Assembly: GCA_027491435.1 (NCBI GenBank)
Contig: JAOZFG010000017.1
Span: 32,001-96,000, forward strand
Origin: Thermoproteota archaeon
Lineage (GTDB): Archaea; Korarchaeota; Korarchaeia; Korarchaeales; Korarchaeaceae
Length of the DNA: 64,000 nt
Reading direction: 5' to 3'
Under the pieces are notes generated by a model. The model did not search any database. It was not told the DNA's origin and saw only the letters and a list, made by a program, of their open reading frames with translations. Each line of letters opens with the position of its first letter. Positions within the stretch are counted from its first letter, which is position 1. The translations under genes and the position numbers were made by a program. Shown in pieces: positions 58,176 to 64,000 of the stretch.

Positions 58176-59380
58176 GGTACGTGAAGACCATCAAGGACCC
58201 GATACACGGTTACATAAGCCTCACCGAGTTAGAGCTCAGAATAGTGGATTCCGGACCATTTCAGAGACTTAGGAGGATAAGGCAGCTGGCAGGAGCAGAG
58301 TACGTCTACCCTGGGGCCATACATACTAGGTTTGAGCACTCCTTGGGGGTTATGCACCTGGCTGGCATAGCTGAGGAGAGGGTAATGCAGTACGACCCAA
58401 ACGTCGAGGGGCTTCTCAGGCTGAGCGGGTTGTTGCACGACATAGGGCATGGGCCTTTTAGCCACACGTTTGACGCTGTCGTTGAGAGGTTTGGGGGTAA
58501 GAGCCACGAGGAACGATCCGCCTGGGTTATTAAGGAAAGCGAGATTGGTGACATACTCTCGGCCAACTATGACCCATCTGAGATAAGCGACATCATAAGG
58601 GGAACTCACGTCAAGGCTTATTTATCCAAGGTGATAAACTCCTCAGCGGACGTTGACAAGATGGATTTCACGGTCAGGGACTCCTACCACACAGGAGCTG
58701 GTTACTCCGTTGACATAAGGAGGATAGCCCAGAACTACTCCGTTATAGGGGGGGACCTAGGGATACACAGGAGGGCCTTGGAGTCGGTTGAGGCCCTCTT
58801 AATGGCCAGGTTGTTATCTTTTAGGACGATATACTACCATAAGACCTCCAGGGCCGTCCAACTAATGTTGGAAAAGGGCATGGAGCTTCTAATAGAATCG
58901 GGTGAGTTGGACCTGGAGGCCATGCTAAACGACGTGAACTCTTTCCTAGACGTTGACGATTACACGATGTGGAGCTTTATGAAGATGCACGAAACTTCGG
59001 CAGAAATTCTGAAGGATATAGCCAACAGGAGGATATTCAAAGTGGCATACGGGGTTAATGGGGTATCCTTGAATGAGAAAGAGCTGAAAACTCTGAAGGA
59101 GGAGCTCCTAAACAAGACGGGGATTAAAGAAGAAGATCTGCTGATAGACAACCCTAGCATGGTGTTCATAAAGGATAAGGCCATACCCAGAATATTCGAT
59201 GAGAGCGGCACCTTCTCCCCGTTCGAGGTGTCTCCAGTCCTGAACAGGTTAAGGGACATTAAGATGAGCGTCCTAAGGGTTTACGTTAGACCTGAAATCA
59301 GGTCGCACGTTAAGAATAGGGTAAAGGAGGTCGTGAATCGATTCCTCGGAGATTTGCCTAGTGACAGGAAATCTTATTAA
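58172..59380 (+). CDS. HD-domain phosphohydrolase (SAMHD1/dNTPase-like)
   Basis: DPIHG, QRLRRI.QL, H.RFEHSLG, LHDIGHGPFSH, DVDKMD...RD. Confidence 0.9.
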   Translation: MRYVKTIKDPIHGYISLTELELRIVDSGPFQRLRRIRQLAGAEYVYPGAIHTRFEHSLGVMHLAGIAEERVMQYDPNVEGLLRLSGLLHDIGHGPFSHTFDAVVERFGGKSHEERSAWVIKESEIGDILSANYDPSEISDIIRGTHVKAYLSKVINSSADVDKMDFTVRDSYHTGAGYSVDIRRIAQNYSVIGGDLGIHRRALESVEALLMARLLSFRTIYYHKTSRAVQLMLEKGMELLIESGELDLEAMLNDVNSFLDVDDYTMWSFMKMHETSAEILKDIANRRIFKVAYGVNGVSLNEKELKTLKEELLNKTGIKEEDLLIDNPSMVFIKDKAIPRIFDESGTFSPFEVSPVLNRLRDIKMSVLRVYVRPEIRSHVKNRVKEVVNRFLGDLPSDRKSY

Positions 59381-59448
59381 GGGTTTTCAACTGAATGAGC
59401 ACAGGCCCCCATTATAGGTGATGGACAATACCAGTTACAGAGAAGTTC

Positions 59449-59952
59449 TTGGTCTGTGGAGAAAGCTGTAGAAACGTCTTGGCCAGCCTAATGATCTCGA
59501 TGACTAGGATGAACAACATGCACGAGAAGAGACTGCTTTCCCCGGGACACTTGCCTAGACAGGTAGAGGGGTTCGCCGTCTACGAGGTCGAGATGATAAG
59601 GAAGGATGAAGGTAAGAGGGTCAGCCAAGTTCCTTTCGATCAGTCCAGGGCCATGGCAGTGGTGCTCCCCATACTCCATGGTAAGGAGGATCCAATAGGC
59701 TATAAGTACCCCTTCTCCATCACCCTAAAGTATTACTACATGAAGGACGGACGGGCTGTCTACTTGAAGAGGGATGTCTACGAGCTCGTTTTGGTAGGCG
59801 TCGACAAGGGGGCTGAGGTAATCTTGTATCACAGGAGAGGCCTCCTCAGGGTGACCCCAGAGGAGCTTGTTGAAAAAATAGTGAATAGAGCTAGTCAAAT
59901 ATCCCAATCCCAACTCAAGTTTGACTACTTCGACTCCCTAATTCACTGTTGA
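59449..59952 (+). CDS. hypothetical protein (start uncertain)
   Basis: Fills the gap with typical codon usage; no motif recognised. Confidence 0.55.
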   Translation: MVCGESCRNVLASLMISMTRMNNMHEKRLLSPGHLPRQVEGFAVYEVEMIRKDEGKRVSQVPFDQSRAMAVVLPILHGKEDPIGYKYPFSITLKYYYMKDGRAVYLKRDVYELVLVGVDKGAEVILYHRRGLLRVTPEELVEKIVNRASQISQSQLKFDYFDSLIHC

Positions 59953-60298
59953 TTCTGACAAGCCTTTCGAGGGCTTCTAGGATCTTGTTTATCCTGTCCA
60001 GTGACTCAACTTCGCCCTCTCTTAAGTCCATAACCTCCCCCTCAAGCGCCCTCACTAGGTCCTCCATGACGCCTGCCAGCACGAGCTTTGTCCTCTCAAT
60101 CCTGCCCTCCTCATCAGAGCTGACAAGTATTACCCTAGTGCCGCATACCGGACATATCACTTCCCCGCTCGGCTTCCTGAATAGGGGAGTTCCACATACA
60201 GGACACGTTTCCGATAGCATTTTCCATCCTTTAAGCAAAGCTTCGGCCAATTTCTTGCTCTTTTCATCCCCTCCGGTGTCAGACACCCTCATAGCCAT
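59915..60298 (-). CDS. UPF0148 / autoantigen-p27 zinc-ribbon protein
   Basis: LLKG.KML...CP.CG.PLF....G...CP.C. Confidence 0.85.
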   Translation of the reverse strand: MAMRVSDTGGDEKSKKLAEALLKGWKMLSETCPVCGTPLFRKPSGEVICPVCGTRVILVSSDEEGRIERTKLVLAGVMEDLVRALEGEVMDLREGEVESLDRINKILEALERLVRINSELGSRSSQT

Positions 60299-60377
60299 TC
60301 TCTTAGAAATAGTGGGTAACAATTTTTAAGGGAGATGTGCCCGGTAAAACTGAACCTATTTGGGGGGTGTGAATACC

Positions 60378-60659
60378 ATGTCCAAGAAGGCACAGAAGAT
60401 TAAGGAGTATGAGAACTATATTTCTGAAGCAATAAAAAGATTGGATAGGATTTCCCAAGATAGGGGCGTTCCGAGAAATATTAGGAGGGCCACTACAGAG
60501 GCCATAGAGGCTTTGACCGACGAGAGCTTTTCCTACGGGGTTAGGGCTAACAAAGCCATTTCAATACTCAATGAAATAGTAAATGATATAAACATGCCTT
60601 TCCCAACGAGATCTGAGATACTACTCATAATAGGGATCCTAGAAAGGATAAAGGACTAG
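60378..60659 (+). CDS. UPF0147 family protein
   Basis: D..VPRNIRR, RA..AIS.L.E...D.NMP...R. Confidence 0.9.
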   Translation: MSKKAQKIKEYENYISEAIKRLDRISQDRGVPRNIRRATTEAIEALTDESFSYGVRANKAISILNEIVNDINMPFPTRSEILLIIGILERIKD

Positions 60660-61429
60660 AGGGTGGGCCGGGTCACCCGGCCCCTTAACATACTAACTTT
60701 CTGCGAGAGAACCTCTGCCTTTAGAGAGACGTTCTCCATTAAAACCTGAAGACACTCGCCCTTGCTCCCCCTAGTTAGGGACAACATAATGTCAGATAAA
60801 GCGGAAGCCGCCATCATAACCGCGTACCTCACATCCCCTGACCTGGGCACCTCGTCTAACACCCTGACCAAACCAGAAAGCGCGTTGGCTATGCTCTTTA
60901 GATCCTCGGCCGTCTCTTGTATGGACGGATCTCTAGACGCCTTAAGCAAATCAGAGGATATTGCCAATAACTCCTCTTTTAGGGGTCCTGCTTCTAGTAT
61001 TGGCTTATCTTCGTCATAGTTTAGCTCAATAACCTCCGTTAGCATATTCAGCTTAATTAAGCAGGACCTTATCGTTCCTATAGCCTTTCCCTTACCGTAG
61101 GTCATTGAATTTTCCTTCCTAGAAAGGAGCTGTTTTTTAGCCCATTCTACCTGTATCTCAAGTTCTTTTATCCTTTTTTCGGCTTTTATAATCATATTTT
61201 TTAATCTAGGTATGGCCTGAGGGCCATACTCTTCAAGGAATTTGTTGATCTGTTCTAGAGAGATGTCTGCCAAGTCCGCCAAGCCCTCTGGAACTCCTTT
61301 AGCTAGGTCATCGAAACATGTTATGCCGCTCCTCCTGAGCAGTTCTAGCAATTCTTTACCCTTAGACTCTCCAAAATATGATATCACAGATGACCTAAGG
61401 TACTCTGAGGGGGCGCCCTTCCTGCTCAT
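60656..61429 (-). CDS. hypothetical protein, HhH-like N-terminus plus helical/coiled-coil region
   Basis: L...GI....DLA...P..LA....IS pattern. Confidence 0.55.
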   Translation of the reverse strand: MSRKGAPSEYLRSSVISYFGESKGKELLELLRRSGITCFDDLAKGVPEGLADLADISLEQINKFLEEYGPQAIPRLKNMIIKAEKRIKELEIQVEWAKKQLLSRKENSMTYGKGKAIGTIRSCLIKLNMLTEVIELNYDEDKPILEAGPLKEELLAISSDLLKASRDPSIQETAEDLKSIANALSGLVRVLDEVPRSGDVRYAVMMAASALSDIMLSLTRGSKGECLQVLMENVSLKAEVLSQKVSMLRGRVTRPTL

Positions 61430-61448
61430 CTTACCTCACAACCTAGAG

Positions 61449-61521
61449 TGCCGGGGGAGGGATTTGAACCCTCGACCTTCCGGTCTTCAGCCGGACGCTC
61501 TCCCACCTGAGCTACCCCGGC
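61449..61521 (-). tRNA. tRNA-Phe(GAA)
   Basis: TCCGG-CT-GAA-GA-CCGGA arm. Confidence 0.97.
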
Positions 61522-61525
61522 AACG

Positions 61526-61601
61526 TGGTGGACCGGGGGGGATTCGAACCCCCGACCTCCCGCATGCCAAGCGGGCGCGCTACCAACTGCGCCACCGGCC
61601 C
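61526..61601 (-). tRNA. tRNA-Ala(GGC), CCA encoded
   Basis: CCCGC-TT-GGC-AT-GCGGG arm, G3:U70 pair. Confidence 0.97.
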
Positions 61602-62033
61602 AACTTTTCTGTGGTCTAACCAGTATATTAAGATAACTCAAGCTTACTAACAAGTCACCCTCTAGGTCCCCCCAGTATATTTTATTAATTTAACTATTTT
61701 GTATCTTAAATGTCAGTAATTAAATGATATATCAGATTATTAATAAATAATTTAATAGAAATTGGAATTTGGTTACTAGGGGCTGTTGGGTGGATAGTCC
61801 TGAATACCTTGATTAGAATAGCCGAAAGGCCCTCCTATAGAAGCCCCTGATGCTTGTAAAAATATCTTTGTAAACACAGTTGTTAGGCCAAGTCTAATTG
61901 GAAGATCCGCTTTAAGGATATAAAGCGCCGTGACCTGTCGGCTGACAGGTTTAGTGAAATAAAGGCAAGAGATACATGTATTCCAATAATGAGGAGGACG
62001 TGTATAGGTAAGGGTCTCTCAGTCAACCATGAA

Positions 62034-62222
62034 CTACACCACTCTGAGGCCCTTCCACCTCACTTTGTTAGCCCAATTGTAACGTCTCATTCTCTTACTC
62101 CTTCCAAAGCCACAGGCGGCACAGTAACCCTTCCTAACGTTGTAAGAGTGTCTACCACATCTCCTACATCTTATGTGAGTCTTACCCCTGCTCCTCCGAC
62201 CCATTGAAGGGGTTCCCTTCAT
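62034..62222 (-). CDS. rpl37e: 50S ribosomal protein L37e
   Basis: KGTPS.G, H..CRRCG..SY, C..CGFG. Confidence 0.97.
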   Translation of the reverse strand: MKGTPSMGRRSRGKTHIRCRRCGRHSYNVRKGYCAACGFGRSKRMRRYNWANKVRWKGLRVV

Positions 62223-62473
62223 ACCTCATCCTCCTCCTCTATTTTAGAAGTTGATATGGCAATTACGTTGTCCCCCCTAATTAAAACCCTTTTCCCTATC
62301 TTAGAGGAAGTAGGGCCATCAGGGGTCGTCACTATCTCCTCGGCGTTATCCAGTATGAGGTTAAGGTGATTGTCATAGGACTTGAGGATTCCCCTGATCA
62401 TAGAGCCGTTCTTAAGGGAGACCAATATGCTCGTGTTGATGCTCTTACTCAAGTACTTCATGGCGCTCGACAT
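62219..62473 (-). CDS. Sm-like protein (SmAP/LSm)
   Basis: G.L.SYD.HLNL.L..AEE, IRGDNV; adjacent to rpl37e. Confidence 0.93.
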   Translation of the reverse strand: MSSAMKYLSKSINTSILVSLKNGSMIRGILKSYDNHLNLILDNAEEIVTTPDGPTSSKIGKRVLIRGDNVIAISTSKIEEEDEV

Positions 62474-62679
62474 TGTTGACCCCTTACACCTACTCATTCT
62501 CCCTACCCTCCACCCTTTAAATATGTTTCTTCCTGGACTTGAGACCACCTGCACATGGCCCTTTAGGTTGGAGAACGACGTGGAACGTAGGACACTTAAT
62601 ACTAGGACGTTACGGGTCCAAAGAAGTCTTTAAATAGGAATTATGTGGAGTTAACCGGGATTAAAGAGGAGGGTCTGAA

Positions 62680-63078
62680 TTGAGGTTCTTAAAGAAGATA
62701 TTCGGTAGAGCTGAGGAAGATGAGTACGAGGAATACCCAGAGGATGAGTTCGTCGAAGAGAGTTTCGAGGAAGAGTACCCAGAGGAACCGGTGAGGATGA
62801 GGTTCCCTTCAGAGAAGGCCATAACCGTTAAGCCTATGAACCTCAGAACCGCTGAAGATGTGGAGCAGGTCCTAAACGAGATAAGTGAGGGAAACATAAT
62901 ACTGCTTAGGTACGACGACCTGATATCTGAAGGTGAGGAAAGGCTGAAGTACATACTTCAAAGGCTTAAAGAAAGGGTAGCTGAAATGGGCGGAGATCTG
63001 GTAATGATAAGGGAGCAGGGCGCTCCTCCCCTGCTCATAGTGCCTAGGTTTGTTGAGATATGGAGGAAGCCCAGGTAA
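62680..63078 (+). CDS. sepF: cell division protein SepF
   Basis: Amphipathic MRFLKKIFG, GNI..L, GGD.......L..P..V.I. Confidence 0.85.
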   Translation: MRFLKKIFGRAEEDEYEEYPEDEFVEESFEEEYPEEPVRMRFPSEKAITVKPMNLRTAEDVEQVLNEISEGNIILLRYDDLISEGEERLKYILQRLKERVAEMGGDLVMIREQGAPPLLIVPRFVEIWRKPR

Positions 63079-64000
63079 TCAGGCCAGCCTGAAGGTCTCG
63101 CCCACGTGGGGCGCCGATATTCTCATCCCGCTTGGAGTTGACTTGTGGGCTAGAGGTATAAAAGACCTTATTTTACTTTCTTCTCCGTGAATCAGGAAGA
63201 CCCTGTGGGGCCTAGGTTCTATTGACCCTAGATAAGCCAGAAGCTGAACCTTATCCGCGTGAGCTGAGAAGCCCTCAACCTTGTACACCTTGGCGTTTAT
63301 CTTCACCTTCACCGGCTCAATCTCCCCTGGAAGTATGACCTCCTTGGCGCCGTCCCTTACTTTCCTACCCAAGGTCCCCTCAGCCTGATAGCTAACCAGC
63401 ACTATGGCGTTTTCCTCGTGAGGGGCTAGTAGCTTAAAGTATTCCACGCTAGGTCCGCCGGTGAGCATGCCTGATGGTGCTATTATGACTGCTGGCCCTC
63501 CCCTTGTGGCATCTGGCCTCTCCTCAGGGCTACTTATGAAGTTGAAGTGCGGGTCGGTGAACGGGTCCTTGTCTTCCTTGAACACCTTCTCACGTATATA
63601 GGGGGACAGGTAGTCTGGATACGCCGAGTGTATGGCTGTAGAGTCATAGACCATCCCGTCTAGGTAAACAGGTATATCTGGGAGTTTACCCCTTCTAAAT
63701 CCGTCAACTAGGGACACCATTATCTCTTGAGCCCTTCCAACGGCTAAAGCTGGTATGAGGACCTTACCCCCCTTCTCAGCGGTCTCCCGGATTATCTGGA
63801 ATAGCATCTCCTCAGCTTTATCGATGGGCGGGAGTATGTCCGTCTCCCCGCTATAGGTGCTCTCCATTATGAGGCTTTCCACCCGGGGGAACTTGTGGGA
63901 GGCCTTGTTAAGCAGTTTAGTGTCTCTAAATCTGAAGTCTCCTGTGTAGAGTATGTTGTATCTGGCGCTCTCCACGTTCAGGTGAACTAGGCTAGAGCCC
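63079..64000 (-). CDS. beta-CASP ribonuclease aCPSF1 (FttA), C-terminal part only
   Basis: YTGD, MESTY, GGKVLIP..AVGRAQE, SGML.GGP, YQAEGTLG, GFSAH.D. Confidence 0.9.
   Translation of the reverse strand, partial: GSSLVHLNVESARYNILYTGDFRFRDTKLLNKASHKFPRVESLIMESTYSGETDILPPIDKAEEMLFQIIRETAEKGGKVLIPALAVGRAQEIMVSLVDGFRRGKLPDIPVYLDGMVYDSTAIHSAYPDYLSPYIREKVFKEDKDPFTDPHFNFISSPEERPDATRGGPAVIIAPSGMLTGGPSVEYFKLLAPHEENAIVLVSYQAEGTLGRKVRDGAKEVILPGEIEPVKVKINAKVYKVEGFSAHADKVQLLAYLGSIEPRPHRVFLIHGEESKIRSFIPLAHKSTPSGMRISAPHVGETFRLA

Noticed and set aside
61989-62033. Possible second C/D sRNA (ATGAGGA...ATGA)
   Set aside because: Both boxes are imperfect, no clear C'/D' is present, and the guide match to rRNA is only partial and from memory.
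62525-62618. Stem TGGACTTG/CGGGTCCA with ACA on the minus strand, as a possible H/ACA RNA
   Set aside because: No K-turn or pseudouridylation pocket is seen; the region is otherwise explained by the divergent Sm and sepF promoters.
1-64000. CRISPR arrays, IS elements, integrases, att sites at tRNAs, inteins
   Set aside because: No periodic repeats, transposase or integrase ORFs, or orphan tRNA 3' duplicates were seen; repeated T-arm sequences belong to full tRNAs, and protein lengths leave no room for inteins.

Overview
Gene-dense archaeal core-genome segment, most consistent with a Korarchaeota (Ca. Korarchaeum-like) hyperthermophile. That assignment rests on crenarchaeal-type informational genes co-occurring with two FtsZ, SepF, CdrS and an intron-containing tRNA-Ile(UAU). 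The window holds about 70 CDS and 13 tRNA genes. The CDS include the thermosome, EF-1alpha, ribosomal protein clusters, Rqc2, EndA, archease, TsaC/Kae1, aRF1, Rpo7/Spt4/Spt5, Topo VI, RIO1/Pno1/aIF-1A/aIF-2beta, glycine cleavage P and H proteins, lipid synthesis genes, XPD, a RadA paralog and partial aCPSF1. No CRISPR array, IS element or rRNA is visible. The most unusual signals are: (1) aIF-1A apparently starting at CUG; (2) a tRNA-Ile(UAU) intron resembling a relic CAU anticodon arm, alongside a fused EndA carrying the crenarchaeal loop; (3) tRNA genes with non-canonical bases (C33 in Gly-CCC, A1:C72 in Ala-CGC); (4) an unannotated double-guide C/D sRNA against 16S helix 34; (5) an eroded GAPDH-like ORF after pgk, followed by an OPT-like transporter with an FHA-like tail; (6) an EMC6-like protein fused to a sequon-rich ectodomain; (7) two structured islands in AT-rich intergenic gaps. 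All family assignments come from motif recognition by eye; no searches were run.
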